Below, piece after piece: positions 17,947 to 27,968 of a stretch of DNA of 64,000 nt. The notes below the pieces were generated by a model. That model saw only the letters and a list, made by a program, of their open reading frames with translations, did not search any database and had not been told where the DNA came from. The position numbers were made by a program, and so were the translations under genes. This DNA comes from an uncultured delta proteobacterium (GTDB taxonomy: Bacteria > Desulfobacterota > Syntrophorhabdia > Syntrophorhabdales > WCHB1-27). The stretch is from assembly GCA_963810935.1 (NCBI GenBank), contig CAWEPK010000003.1, positions 1-64,000 of the forward strand, in the 5' to 3' direction. Numbering within the stretch: position 1 is the first letter of the stretch; each line of letters begins with the position of its first letter.

Positions 17947-19422
17947 TTAATCAGGACGTTTTGCGGCGCCACTGAAGATGGCCGCTATCTTTTCCTTCGC
18001 CTCGCTGATCTGGCCGGGGCTTACCGCACGCCCGCCCGGCGTCTGCAAGGGGGCCTCGGTTATCCTGTAGGTCCGTTCCACGAGCGATTCCTGCAGCCTC
18101 ATGCGTGGCGGCGGCTCAGGGATAACACCCGTGGCCTTCGCCACGTCCTCCGGGAACTTCCCCGGGTCGGCCGTCTCGTAGATAACCGCCCGGCCCGTGG
18201 CCCCGGCGGCCCGGTAAATCTCAAGGGACTTCCATCCGACCGCACCGTGGGGGTCGAGGACAATCCCGTACTTTTCGTACACGTCCCTCATCGTGCTGAA
18301 GTGCTCGGTATTATTGACACTCACTGAGAAAAGATCGCGCCGCATCTCCTCGATGTCGGGCATCCTGCCGATGACGCCGGGGCGCAACACGTTCCCCGTA
18401 CCCGGGTCACGCTCGTCCCTCATGGTCCCGCCGTAAAAATCGATGAGCCGGGCCAGATTGCTCGGGTGGGAAACGATCATCGCAGAGGAGGGCGATGGCT
18501 TTGACGCCGTTACCCTGTACTCGCCGCCGTACAGGAAGTCGGGAAACTCCCTGTTTTCATTGACGCCGCACACGATACATGAGATGGGCAGACCCATCGC
18601 CTTGGCTATCACTGTGCCCATCATGTCCCCGAAATTGCCCGAGGGGACGCTCGTGACAAGAGGACCGCCGTCTGTGACCGTCCTCGAATAGGCATAAAAG
18701 GGATAGACCGCCTGGGGCAGGAGCCTTCCGAGGCTGATCGAGTTGGCGGACGTGAAGCGGTCGCTCGCGCCGAAGACCGCCTTGCTGAACGCCCCGTCCC
18801 CGAGGAGGTTCTTCGCCAGTGCTTGGCAGACGTCGAAATCGCCGTCCACTTCGAAGGCATAGACGTTCCCGCCAAGGGTCGTCATCTGCCTGCGCTGCCC
18901 CTCGCTTATGGAGCCTTTGGGAAAAAAGACAATATTATCGACGCTTTCCAGCCCCCACAGGGCGTCAGCAACTGCGCCGCCCGTGTCGCCGCTAGTGGCG
19001 ACTACGACAGCCCGCCGCAGGCCGCGCCGTTTCAGGAAGTAATTGAGGGCACGGGCGAAGAACCGGGCCGCGTAGTCCTTGAAGGAATACGTCGGCCCCT
19101 TCGTGAGCCACATAATGAAGGTCTCGTCGGTAACCCGCTGGACTTCGGTCGGGATCGTCCCGTCGCTATACGCGTCATCGAGGAGGGACGTGAGGTCGTT
19201 TTCGGGGATTTCCGCGCCCAGGAACGGGTAGAGCACCTCGAAGGCGATGCGGGCATACGACATGTCGCGCATGGCCCGGACCGTCCGTGGGTCCAGCTTC
19301 GGGATATCGGCCCTTTCGACCATATAGAGGCCGTAATCGGGCGCAAGGCCACGCAGCAGGGCCGATTCGAAATCGACCCTCTGGGCAGAGTTATTGGTGC
19401 TCTTGTACAGGATCTGCTTCAT
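17947..19422 (-). CDS. thrC: Threonine synthase
   Basis: YKSTN, GLAPDYGLY, GPTYSFKD, ATSGDTG, SANSI, VPSGNFG, DPHGAV and TADPGKF motifs. Confidence 0.92.
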   Translation of the reverse strand: MKQILYKSTNNSAQRVDFESALLRGLAPDYGLYMVERADIPKLDPRTVRAMRDMSYARIAFEVLYPFLGAEIPENDLTSLLDDAYSDGTIPTEVQRVTDETFIMWLTKGPTYSFKDYAARFFARALNYFLKRRGLRRAVVVATSGDTGGAVADALWGLESVDNIVFFPKGSISEGQRRQMTTLGGNVYAFEVDGDFDVCQALAKNLLGDGAFSKAVFGASDRFTSANSISLGRLLPQAVYPFYAYSRTVTDGGPLVTSVPSGNFGDMMGTVIAKAMGLPISCIVCGVNENREFPDFLYGGEYRVTASKPSPSSAMIVSHPSNLARLIDFYGGTMRDERDPGTGNVLRPGVIGRMPDIEEMRRDLFSVSVNNTEHFSTMRDVYEKYGIVLDPHGAVGWKSLEIYRAAGATGRAVIYETADPGKFPEDVAKATGVIPEPPPRMRLQESLVERTYRITEAPLQTPGGRAVSPGQISEAKEKIAAIFSGAAKRPD

Positions 19423-19436
19423 ACCGGCCGCAAACT

Positions 19437-20417
19437 CTACCCTAGGCAGCTTGCGATTTCCTCCACGAGGCCCTTGCAGCCCACATAGAGCGCGGTGCGC
19501 TGGTGGTGGTGGCCGGGTTTGATCTCCAGTATGTCTTCCCCTTTTTCGTTGACCGCCCGACCACCCGCCTCCGCACACATGAAGGCGACGACGGCAGCCT
19601 CGTACATCAGGCGCAGCTTCCCGTCCGGCCGGTTCTTTTTGGGGTTCGGGTGGTTCACGATGGCCGGGTACATGAACATGCCGCCGTTTGAGAGTATGCG
19701 GTGAAAATCGCCTGCAAGTGCGCCTAAATACCTGAAGGCGTACTTGTCTTCATGCTCTGTTATCCATTTCTGCACGCCTTCGGCATAGGTCGACCTGTTC
19801 GCGGCGTTGAAGGAGAGCTCCCAGCTTTTCCTGTCTTCAGGAAGCGTCACGCGTGTAGGCCGCACGTACGTCATCGTCTCGTCTATATGGAACCGCCAGG
19901 TGCCCGCTCCTTTCAGCCCTATCGTGAAGGCCCCGGTCGGTATAACGAACATACCCGACGCGATGAAATCCTTCCCTGCCCTGAGGTGGCCGTCCTCCGG
20001 ACCTTCGAGGTTGCGCTTGGCGATGCCGAACAGGAACCCCACCGGCAGGCCGTGGGCCACGTTGGACGAGCCGTCGAGCGGGTCGAAGTAGACGAAATAA
20101 CGCCCGTTTTCAGCTTCTATGGGTATGATCTCGTCCGATTCCTCGCTGATCGCGTGGATGACCCTATCGGTGCTCTTTAAATAATGGATGACGATCTCGT
20201 GGGCGATCTGGTCCATCCGCAGGACCTCCTCGCCCTGCACGTTGATCGCCCCGGCCCGGCCGAGCAGGCCCTTGAGCGCGCCGGTCAGATAGTAGTGCTG
20301 GATATGCTTCGCGGCGCTGATCAGGGCATCCATGAGGATCAGAAAATGACCCGTGCGGTTATGCCTTTCCTGATGATGCAGGAGAAAATTGGTGAAAGTT
20401 TGCTCGAAATCGACCAT
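19437..20417 (-). CDS. fbp: Class I fructose-1,6-bisphosphatase
   Basis: NVQGE, ISEE, FDPLDGSSN, FRYLGAL.GDFHR and GKLRLMYEA motifs. Confidence 0.92.
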   Translation of the reverse strand: MVDFEQTFTNFLLHHQERHNRTGHFLILMDALISAAKHIQHYYLTGALKGLLGRAGAINVQGEEVLRMDQIAHEIVIHYLKSTDRVIHAISEESDEIIPIEAENGRYFVYFDPLDGSSNVAHGLPVGFLFGIAKRNLEGPEDGHLRAGKDFIASGMFVIPTGAFTIGLKGAGTWRFHIDETMTYVRPTRVTLPEDRKSWELSFNAANRSTYAEGVQKWITEHEDKYAFRYLGALAGDFHRILSNGGMFMYPAIVNHPNPKKNRPDGKLRLMYEAAVVAFMCAEAGGRAVNEKGEDILEIKPGHHHQRTALYVGCKGLVEEIASCLG

Positions 20418-20564
20418 ACGGCGCTCCTTGTCTGTTATTACGGTACCGCGCTTGCGGCGGGACCTTTTGACCGGGTGCCGGCCTATCTTTATTGTAGCAC
20501 TCGCCGAAAAAAAAATCCCGACTAAGATTTGGGGTGCGCTGCACGTACCTCCCGCGCCGGATCT

Positions 20565-20903
20565 TCAGCGCGGCAGGAAGAGGTAGAGGGCGTCCGAATG
20601 CGGTCCGTATGCGTTGCCGTTCTTCGTTATGGTCTCGGTTACCTTCCCGTTTAAGAAGATGACGAAGAAATCGCATCTCTCGTAAAGGGAAAGGTTCGCG
20701 TTGCAGATGCGGTGGTCATACCGGAAGAGCACATAGAGAGAGTCTGCCTTCCGCACTGTTTGCGTGCTGTCCGGCCCGCCCATTATGCTCTCGACCTGCG
20801 GATAAACCATACCGATATCGATTCTTTTGAGCTTCGACTGGGTGCTGGAACAAGCGGAAAGCGACAGCACAAGCAGAATGGCAACTATTGCCCGCGAAGA
20901 CAT
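20565..20903 (-). CDS. Small lipoprotein (SmpA/BamE-like)
   Basis: Lipobox LSAC; IDIGM..QVESIMGGPD. Confidence 0.6.
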   Translation of the reverse strand: MSSRAIVAILLVLSLSACSSTQSKLKRIDIGMVYPQVESIMGGPDSTQTVRKADSLYVLFRYDHRICNANLSLYERCDFFVIFLNGKVTETITKNGNAYGPHSDALYLFLPR

Positions 20904-21018
20904 GAGCTCGGTCCCTCCATCTAACAATTACCACGCGGGGTCAATCCTTGGCAAGCGAAATCTGACCTTTGTCATTTGAGAATCAAAACCGCATTGCCGG
21001 ATATGGGGGATATAAACA

Positions 21019-21049
21019 AAGGGAGGGAAGCTTTTGGCTTCCCTCCCTT
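21019..21049 (-). terminator. Rho-independent terminator
   Basis: AAGGGAGGGAAGC/GCTTCCCTCCCTT stem followed by TGTTT on the minus strand. Confidence 0.75.
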
Positions 21050-21071
21050 GTCTGGTCTGTTTGGTAAAAAC

Positions 21072-21314
21072 TTACTTCGCCGGTGCAGGCGCAGGCGCTG
21101 CAGGAGCCGGAGCTGCTTCTTCTTTCTTCTCGGTCTTCTTCATCTTCTTCGTCTTCTTCGGGGCCTTCTTCTCGGCCTTCTTCTCATCCTTCTTCTCTGC
21201 CGCCGGTGCTGCCTTCTCAGGGGCCGCCGGGGCCGCAGGCGCCTGGGCAAAGCCCGTTCCTGCGAACACGAATGCGATCATTGCTGCGAACACGAACACC
21301 ATTACTTTCTTCAT
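21072..21314 (-). CDS. Small secreted Ala/Pro/Lys-rich protein
   Basis: AGGAGG RBS; signal peptide MKKVMVFVFAAMIAFVFAGTGFA; low-complexity mature part. Confidence 0.75.
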   Translation of the reverse strand: MKKVMVFVFAAMIAFVFAGTGFAQAPAAPAAPEKAAPAAEKKDEKKAEKKAPKKTKKMKKTEKKEEAAPAPAAPAPAPAK

Positions 21315-21354
21315 CTTTCTCCTCCTATAGGAAATGTTTGATAACAATACATTG

Positions 21355-21370
21355 TGCATAAAACATGCCG
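21355..21370 (-). promoter_or_regulatory. Sigma-54 -24/-12 promoter
   Basis: CGGCATGTTTTATGCA (GG-N10-GC) about 40 nt upstream of the ATG. Confidence 0.6.
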
Positions 21371-21510
21371 CTTTGAAACGCAATGGCCACTTTTTCCCGG
21401 AGCTGACGCCCCGTCACCCATTACAAGCCATTGCCCCTGTAATTGCGGCCATTTCCGGAGCCGTCTACCGGCGTAGACGCAAAAAAGAGCAGGAAGAGCA
21501 GTAAGGAATG

Positions 21511-21558
21511 GTCGGAGATTTCCGACTTACCGGGTGTTACGGGACGGAGATTTCCGAC
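21511..21558. promoter_or_regulatory. Paired palindromic enhancer-like sites
   Basis: GTCGGAGATTTCCGAC and GACGGAGATTTCCGAC, 32 bp apart. Confidence 0.55.
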
Positions 21559-21577
21559 TCTATGGCAGCCGCGTCTT

Positions 21578-22288
21578 TTACTTGTAGCGCAACGGGTCCT
21601 TTACTCCCGCCTCGGCAAAACCTTTGAGACGCAGTAGGCAGGCATCGCACTCGCCGCACGCCCGGCCGGCCGGCGTTGGGTCGTAGCAACTGGTCGTAAG
21701 GCTGTAGTCCACTCCCAGCTCCAGCCCCCTCCTTACGATCTCCGCCTTGCTCATCCTTATAAGGGGGGCATGGATGGTGACGTGCTTGCCCTCGACGCCC
21801 GCCCGGGTCGCCAGGTTCGCCATCTTCTCGAAGGCCTCTATATAGGCTGGGCGGCAGTCGGGATATCCGCTGTAATCAAGCGCGTTTACGCCGATGAAGA
21901 TGTCGCCTGAGGCAAGGCCCTCCGCCCAGGCAAGGGCGAAAGACAAAAAGATCGTGTTGCGCGCCGGGACGTAGGTGACGGGGATGCCGTGCTGCATCTC
22001 ATCCGGCCGCCGGCCTTTCGGCACGGGCACGGCGCTGGTAAGGGCAGAGCCGCCGCCTAAGTCCCCGATATCTATGTGTATGATTTTATGGCCGGCAACA
22101 CCGGCTGCGTCAGCTACGCGGCGCGCGGCCTCGATCTCTATTTTGTGACGCTGGCCGTAGTCGAAGGTGAGCGCATACACCTGAAACCCTTGCGATTTTG
22201 CGATGGCGAGGGCTGTGGCGGAGTCGAGCCCCCCGCTCAGCAGTACCACCGCCGTCTTCGTCTCGCCCGTCAGGCTATCCGTCTTCAT
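21578..22288 (-). CDS. queC: 7-cyano-7-deazaguanine synthase
   Basis: [30 protein letters not shown] and CGECDAC motifs. Confidence 0.95.
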   Translation of the reverse strand: MKTDSLTGETKTAVVLLSGGLDSATALAIAKSQGFQVYALTFDYGQRHKIEIEAARRVADAAGVAGHKIIHIDIGDLGGGSALTSAVPVPKGRRPDEMQHGIPVTYVPARNTIFLSFALAWAEGLASGDIFIGVNALDYSGYPDCRPAYIEAFEKMANLATRAGVEGKHVTIHAPLIRMSKAEIVRRGLELGVDYSLTTSCYDPTPAGRACGECDACLLRLKGFAEAGVKDPLRYK

Positions 22289-22318
22289 GGGTTATAAGGA
22301 TAACCGTTTTAATTCCGG

Positions 22319-24949
22319 TTACTCTTCCTCGTCCCACTCGTCGAGGCCGCCGTCCGCACCTGCGGAAAGTACCGAGAGCTTGACCGCTCCGATCATCCGG
22401 TAAACCTCGCCGGGCGCCCGCTTGCGCCCGCCTACCGTGAGAAGCTCATCCACCGTCACGCCGAAAAGGCGCTCGTTCTCCTCGAGATACGGCTTTATAA
22501 GCGCCCACTCCGCGTCTCCGAAGGGAAGGAACTGGCCGCCGTTCAACTGCTCGTCAACGAGAGCGCCCGCCGGATCCCTGACGAAAATGGCGCCGCCGGA
22601 GGCAAGGGAAAACAGGTTTGAGCCCGGATAGGGGGTCTCCTGGGGCACGACACGCCCCTCGTCGTCAAAGGAAAGGCCGTTCACGATCACGAACCCGCCG
22701 TTATTGTACGGGTCGCCTGCCATAAATGACTCAGCGAGGAAGTCAAGGGCGGTACCGTTGATCACGACCCTGGGGCGCCCCGCCGCATTTATGAGCGGCC
22801 TGCCTGCCGCATTTCCCATCACGTAGACCTCTCCGCCCTTGGCACCGTACATGAAGGTCTGGCCCACGTCGCCGTGGATGACGAGCTTGCCTGCTTTCAG
22901 TATCTGGCCTATCTGGTCCTGGCCGTTCCCGTGAACGTGCAGCTCTGCCCCGTCTATGCCGGAGCCGAGGTAGTCGCCGGTAGCCCCGTATGCATCGATC
23001 CTGACGCCCTGGGTGTCCGGACCGAGACCGCAAGCCAGGAATCGCTGCCCCCGGTGGCCGAAGCAGATGAAGCGCCGCCAGCCGAGCTTATATGCGTCGC
23101 AAACGAGGCGCGCGTGCGCATCTTCCCCTTCAGCCGGGAAGTCGCCCGCATCGGTGACCAGCAACTTCTCGCCCCTTTTCGGCCGCCTCAAGGTGTGCCG
23201 GCTGGCAAAATCGCACCTGACGTAGGCTGCTTTTTCGGCATGGGCAAGAAGCGGGACGGAGCGGAAAATTTCGTCCAGGGAACCCTGGATCATCTGGAGC
23301 AGGGAGCGTCTCCTCTTGCCGCCCGTCGGATAACGGCGGTCGAGAAGGCGCGTAAGGAGCTCGATCACTGCCGGTTTGGCTTTGTCCGAGGCTGCCAGAT
23401 CGACCAGCGAGGCAAGGCGGCTGCGCACCTCTTCGAAATTCCAGGAGACAAGGCCGTCCATGAAATAGCCGAACAGGACGTCCGCGTCCCCGGCCACTTT
23501 TTTCTTAAGGTCGGAGGCGGCCGTTTTCAAAAGCGGCGCAACGGCAGGCGCAGACTGGAAGGCATATGGCGTTTTGCCGGCAGGCACGCCTATCTCGCGA
23601 CCGAACTTGTCCGTGCAGGTCATAGTGTGGCCGCTGCCTGCCTCGCCGATCGTGAAGATAAAGGCGCCGCCGTCCGTGTAGCTGCCGCCCCGGGCGTTCC
23701 AGTAACGGTCTGCCACCTTCCCGAAGCGCGGGTCTTCGGCCGCGAGGCTTTCCAGGGTCGCGTCGATCGCCTGCTTTTCCGAGCAGATGAGGCCCACCTG
23801 GAAGTCGCCCTCCTGGAGGGCAAAGACCTGCGGCCGGAGCATGGCCGTATCCGTGATGCCGATAAGCTGGAACTTGCCCTCTTTCGGCATCGAGCGGGCG
23901 ATGATGAAGAACCAAGGCCCATCGGGGGAGCCGTGGATCTGCGTTGCCTGTATCTGCCTGTAAATACGCTGCTTTTCCTTGGGCAGGTGGTCGAAGTCCG
24001 TCTCCGTCGTCGGGGCGAGGGCTTCGATAATGTATTCGAGGGGGTAGCCATAGACCCTGTTCAGCAGGTCGAAAACCTGTACGGAGACCTCTGTGTCGGT
24101 AAGGAAGAGGGGGTATACGTTCCTCTGGCGCAGGTACTCGGTAACGGAATAATAGTTGGCGAAGTCCCCGTTGTGGACGAGGGCCTCGTCCAGCCCCGCG
24201 AACGGGTGGGCGCCGCCGGGGTGCCAGACGCGCCCCTTGGTCGGGTATCGCTGGTGAGCTATCCAGACGTGGGCCTTGAAGGACTCGAGCTTGTAGTACA
24301 GGGCCACCTGCTCCGCGTAGCCGACGATCTTGAGGATCATCATATTCCTGCCGTGGGAGAGGACGAACGCCTTTTTTTCGCCGAGTGCGCTGTAATATGC
24401 CCGGTTAAGAAGGAAGGTGTTCTGGTAGACGAACTCTTCTTCCACTTTTTCGGGCGGCAGGTCGAGAAGACCGCGCTCGGCAGCGAAGCGCTCGACAACT
24501 TCCGGCTTCACCCGGACGAAGTAGCGCTTTACGGCGGGCGGCTTCATCTCCAGGCCGGGCACGTCCCGGTAGTCGTCCACCGTTTCTATGAAGGCTTCGT
24601 GGTCTACCCTGAAGTGAGGCCTGATGTACTCTTTTTCAAGCTCCGGCAGGGCGGTTTCGTCGAGCAGGGCAACCTGAAGGAGAAAATCGTTCTCCAGCGT
24701 TTTTTTGTCTACGCCCAGCCTGTCGGCCGCAAGGCCCACTGCCGCGATACCGCCTCCCTTGCCGTTCCCCCGGTTGTGCATCTGCACGGACGGTTCTATG
24801 ATGTGGCGGCCGCTCACCGGTATATTGCAGGCAAAACCGGTTACGCCGCACCCGCCTTCCTCCGCCTCGCAAGAAGCCTGCGCGGGCGCTTTCTCCTTCA
24901 TCCAGCGCCGGGAATCGGTTATGAGCCTTCCGTACAGTTCCTCTTTCAT
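22319..24949 (-). CDS. Glutamate synthase-like subunit: Ntn amidotransferase fused to GXGXG beta-helix domain
   Basis: Propeptide then CGV; HQRYPT, GGAHPF, HNGD and TDTE; C-terminal GDYLGSG/GNAAGRP repeats. Confidence 0.88.
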   Translation of the reverse strand: MKEELYGRLITDSRRWMKEKAPAQASCEAEEGGCGVTGFACNIPVSGRHIIEPSVQMHNRGNGKGGGIAAVGLAADRLGVDKKTLENDFLLQVALLDETALPELEKEYIRPHFRVDHEAFIETVDDYRDVPGLEMKPPAVKRYFVRVKPEVVERFAAERGLLDLPPEKVEEEFVYQNTFLLNRAYYSALGEKKAFVLSHGRNMMILKIVGYAEQVALYYKLESFKAHVWIAHQRYPTKGRVWHPGGAHPFAGLDEALVHNGDFANYYSVTEYLRQRNVYPLFLTDTEVSVQVFDLLNRVYGYPLEYIIEALAPTTETDFDHLPKEKQRIYRQIQATQIHGSPDGPWFFIIARSMPKEGKFQLIGITDTAMLRPQVFALQEGDFQVGLICSEKQAIDATLESLAAEDPRFGKVADRYWNARGGSYTDGGAFIFTIGEAGSGHTMTCTDKFGREIGVPAGKTPYAFQSAPAVAPLLKTAASDLKKKVAGDADVLFGYFMDGLVSWNFEEVRSRLASLVDLAASDKAKPAVIELLTRLLDRRYPTGGKRRRSLLQMIQGSLDEIFRSVPLLAHAEKAAYVRCDFASRHTLRRPKRGEKLLVTDAGDFPAEGEDAHARLVCDAYKLGWRRFICFGHRGQRFLACGLGPDTQGVRIDAYGATGDYLGSGIDGAELHVHGNGQDQIGQILKAGKLVIHGDVGQTFMYGAKGGEVYVMGNAAGRPLINAAGRPRVVINGTALDFLAESFMAGDPYNNGGFVIVNGLSFDDEGRVVPQETPYPGSNLFSLASGGAIFVRDPAGALVDEQLNGGQFLPFGDAEWALIKPYLEENERLFGVTVDELLTVGGRKRAPGEVYRMIGAVKLSVLSAGADGGLDEWDEEE

Positions 24950-24969
24950 CTATCCCTCTTAACTTATCA

Positions 24970-25075
24970 TTGGGGCTCAGCGCCCCCTCCACCGGCATCA
25001 GCCGGATGGAGCCTCCCCCCTCGTCGCTGCGCATGCGCTTGCTTAAATGCCCTGCTGCAAGCAGCAGAGCATTTA
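24970..25075. repeat. REP/MITE-like palindromic repeat
   Basis: TTGGGGCTCAGCGCCCCCTCCACCGGC..GCCGG..GGAGCCTCCCCC shared with 34149, 34262 and 34508; trailing CCCTGCTGC hairpin shared with 32860-32890. Confidence 0.7.
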
Positions 25076-26584
25076 ATCGAGCTCCCCGTCGATCTCGTCC
25101 GGCTTCATATAATCGATATGGACCAGGGCGTCCGTGCGGCCTACCAGCTCGGTAACGCTCTTCATGCCGAGACGGGCAAGCAGCCGGGTCAGGTGCGTGC
25201 GCCAGGCGAGATAAAGGTTGATGATGCGCTGGGTGCCCCATTCGACGTTCATCAGCCCGGTAAGCTCATCGTCGGTCGTCGCGATGCCCCTTGCGCAGCC
25301 GCGCCCCGATTCGCAGTGGTGGCAGCGGAGGCATTCAAGGGCGACGAGGTCTGCGGTGCCGAGGCAGACGGCGTCTGCTCCGAGGGCGATGATCTTCGCC
25401 ATGTCGTGGGGCGTCCTTATGCCGCCGCTCGCGACTATCGTCACGTTCTCCCTGATGCCCTCTTCCACGAGGAACTTGTGCACCTTGGGTATGGCGTACT
25501 CTATCGGCATTGCTATGTTTTTCTTTGCTATGTCGGGGGCCGCGCCCGTCCCGCCGTAACTGCCGTCGAGCTGGATGATGTGCGCCCCCGCGAAGTAGCT
25601 CCCTACCGCGACCATATCGACGTCGGTGGGGGTCGATACCTTGACGCTCACGAGCGCCCTGGGGTTGATCTCTTTGATCCAGTCAACGTGCTTCTTGTGG
25701 TCCTCCACCGAGTAGACGCTATGGAAGGGGAACGGGGAGAAAAGGGCGCTTCCCGGCACCGCCTCCCTCATGGCAGCCACTCTGGGCGTAACCTTGTCGC
25801 CCAAGAGGTGGCCGCCGAGTCCCGGCTTTGCCCCCTGGGCATACTTGAACTCTACGATAGGGACGCGCTTTATTGTCTCTTCCCTTACCCCGAAGAGGCC
25901 CGTCGCGACCTGCGTAATAATGTTGTCCCCGTACGGGACCAGCTCTTCCGGGAAGCCGCCTTCGCCCGTGCAGCAGAAGGTGCCGATGGCCGCGGCCGCC
26001 CTTACCCTGGAGAGCATGGAAACGATGCTGATGGAGCCGAAAGACATGCCGCCCAGGTAGAAGGGCATGGGTATGCGCACGCTCGGCCGGCCGTCGTGTG
26101 AGCGGTTCAGCTCGACCTCGCACGAAACTTCTTCGGGTTTTACCTTGCCGTTTTCCTTCGGAAAAACGAAGCGTATCTTATCGAAGCCGCCCCCGGAGTC
26201 GCCCGTCTTATAATTGAGGCCCTGGTAAGGGAGCTTGCCTGTCTCGGCCATATACCACGAGCTTGCCAGCAACTCGGCCGTCCACCGCCTGTCGCCGAGC
26301 ATCTCGAAGGAGGGGTTGACGGCTATCTTTATCGCCTTGACATGGCAGCGGCTTACGCAGCAGAAGGCCTCTTTTTCGCATGCGGGGCCGATGCACAGGT
26401 GGTCCCCTATGACTTTCGGCCGCCGGGCGCCTTTCCTGAAAACGCCGTAAGGGCAGTACCTTACGCATTTGCCGCAGTTGTCGCAGGCTGCGTCGATCCT
26501 GACCCTGTATTTCGAAAGGGGGTTGCGGAAGCGGGTGGGCGTCGGTTTCGCCTTGGGTAACGTGTGAGTCTTCTTCTTTGCCAT
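25073..26584 (-). CDS. Glutamate synthase FMN-binding subunit with N-terminal ferredoxin
   Basis: CDNCGKC..CP; GGMSFGS, TGEGG, QVATGLFG, AQGAKPGLGGHL, DG..GGTGAA and CLRCHHC. Confidence 0.9.
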   Translation of the reverse strand: MAKKKTHTLPKAKPTPTRFRNPLSKYRVRIDAACDNCGKCVRYCPYGVFRKGARRPKVIGDHLCIGPACEKEAFCCVSRCHVKAIKIAVNPSFEMLGDRRWTAELLASSWYMAETGKLPYQGLNYKTGDSGGGFDKIRFVFPKENGKVKPEEVSCEVELNRSHDGRPSVRIPMPFYLGGMSFGSISIVSMLSRVRAAAAIGTFCCTGEGGFPEELVPYGDNIITQVATGLFGVREETIKRVPIVEFKYAQGAKPGLGGHLLGDKVTPRVAAMREAVPGSALFSPFPFHSVYSVEDHKKHVDWIKEINPRALVSVKVSTPTDVDMVAVGSYFAGAHIIQLDGSYGGTGAAPDIAKKNIAMPIEYAIPKVHKFLVEEGIRENVTIVASGGIRTPHDMAKIIALGADAVCLGTADLVALECLRCHHCESGRGCARGIATTDDELTGLMNVEWGTQRIINLYLAWRTHLTRLLARLGMKSVTELVGRTDALVHIDYMKPDEIDGELD

Positions 26585-26587
26585 CGC

Positions 26588-27958
26588 CTAACCCCGCTTT
26601 CCTAAAGCAGCGAATTCCTTTTCGAGGTCCTCGTAGAACATGGCCCTCCCCATCTCGCCCCGCAGGCGCCGCACCTCTCTGATCCCCATTGCACCGAGGA
26701 CTTCGAGGAGCTGGTTGTGCCAGCCCGCGACCAGGTTGCGGATGCGGGCCGCACCCCATCCTTTCTCCACGGTGCCGAGCTCGACCGGGCACGATATGCT
26801 CTGCCTGCACCGCTTGCACAGGCGGCACTCCATGGCGACCAGCAGCGGGACGTCTATTCCGACCGCATCGGCGCCGCAAATGATGAGCTTTGCCATATGC
26901 TCGGCCATCGCCACCCCGCCGGTGCCGATGATAGTCACGAGGTCCCTGACGCCTTTATCGACGAGGTGGAGGTGGACCTGTTTCATCCGGTCCTTGATGA
27001 ACATCCCCGAAGGGTCCCTGCCGTGGAAATCGGCGACAAAGTGGATCACTTCAGCGCCGCCCTCCGTCAACTCGGCTGCCCGCTCTGCGGACGTCTCACC
27101 TGCCTGCGCCCTTATGGCGACGACCAGATTCGGGTGTTTCGCCTTGAGGCTCGCCTGGCGGGACGGGGCGTCGGGTGAGTCCGGTATCTCCACGAGACGC
27201 AGGTCCGCGAGAAGCGCATCCGTTTCCGGGCCTGCTTTATCGAGATAAAGGAGCGTATTCCCAAGATAAGGGGCATAATCGTCGCCCCATTCGGAGGCCC
27301 GCACGACCGCCAAAGTCTTCAATTGGCGGGCGGCTGACAGGACTGCACGGGTAATCATCCTTCCGGGCGGTCCGAAGGGGAGGAAATCGAAGATTACCGG
27401 CAGCGGCAGCTCGACGAGAGGGGGGATAGGGTCGGGGACTAACCCGTTGCCTTTCCCGAACGTGAGCGCCCTCACCTTCCGGCCGAGGTCTACGGTAGTG
27501 CTTATATACTCCCTGCCGTGTATGCCGTCCCGCGTCGGGCGCACGATCTCCGACATGTCCGTCCACATGGCATCGAAGCCGGGCCCCGAAAAAGGGCCGC
27601 CGTAGCCTGCGCCGGATACGGGTATCCGCCCGGTCTCCGCCTGGAACCACAGGTTCGAAAGGACCTCGGGCGTCCAGTAGTCGTCGCCCGCAGCCTTCCA
27701 CGCAGGGTTGAAACCTTTCTCTATCAGGCGGTTCGGGCAGTTCTGAACACACCGGAAGCAATCTTTGCAGATGCTGTCGAGGGTATCGACGAGCTGCGCG
27801 TCGAGGGCCCGTTTCTCATAGACCTTGTAGACGCACTCTTTCTTGACGCATTTCACGCACTTAAGGCAGCCCTCTTCCCAGGCGATGACGCCCGAGCGTA
27901 TGACAGGCGCGAACCTTGAAGGGACGGGTTGGGTGCTTATATGGTATTTTGCAGGCAT
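26588..27958 (-). CDS. Degenerate glutamate synthase FMN-domain paralog with Fe-S motifs
   Basis: CKDCFRCVQNCP, GPGFD, GTGG..MAK...GADAVG and CRLCKRC; lacks GGMSFG/TGEGG/GAKPG. Confidence 0.8.
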   Translation of the reverse strand: MPAKYHISTQPVPSRFAPVIRSGVIAWEEGCLKCVKCVKKECVYKVYEKRALDAQLVDTLDSICKDCFRCVQNCPNRLIEKGFNPAWKAAGDDYWTPEVLSNLWFQAETGRIPVSGAGYGGPFSGPGFDAMWTDMSEIVRPTRDGIHGREYISTTVDLGRKVRALTFGKGNGLVPDPIPPLVELPLPVIFDFLPFGPPGRMITRAVLSAARQLKTLAVVRASEWGDDYAPYLGNTLLYLDKAGPETDALLADLRLVEIPDSPDAPSRQASLKAKHPNLVVAIRAQAGETSAERAAELTEGGAEVIHFVADFHGRDPSGMFIKDRMKQVHLHLVDKGVRDLVTIIGTGGVAMAEHMAKLIICGADAVGIDVPLLVAMECRLCKRCRQSISCPVELGTVEKGWGAARIRNLVAGWHNQLLEVLGAMGIREVRRLRGEMGRAMFYEDLEKEFAALGKRG

Positions 27959-27968
27959 CGCCCCTCCT

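Noticed and set aside
22874..26101. 1075-aa plus-strand ORF and many other long antisense ORFs
   Set aside because: They shadow well-supported genes in GC-rich DNA and carry no recognisable motifs
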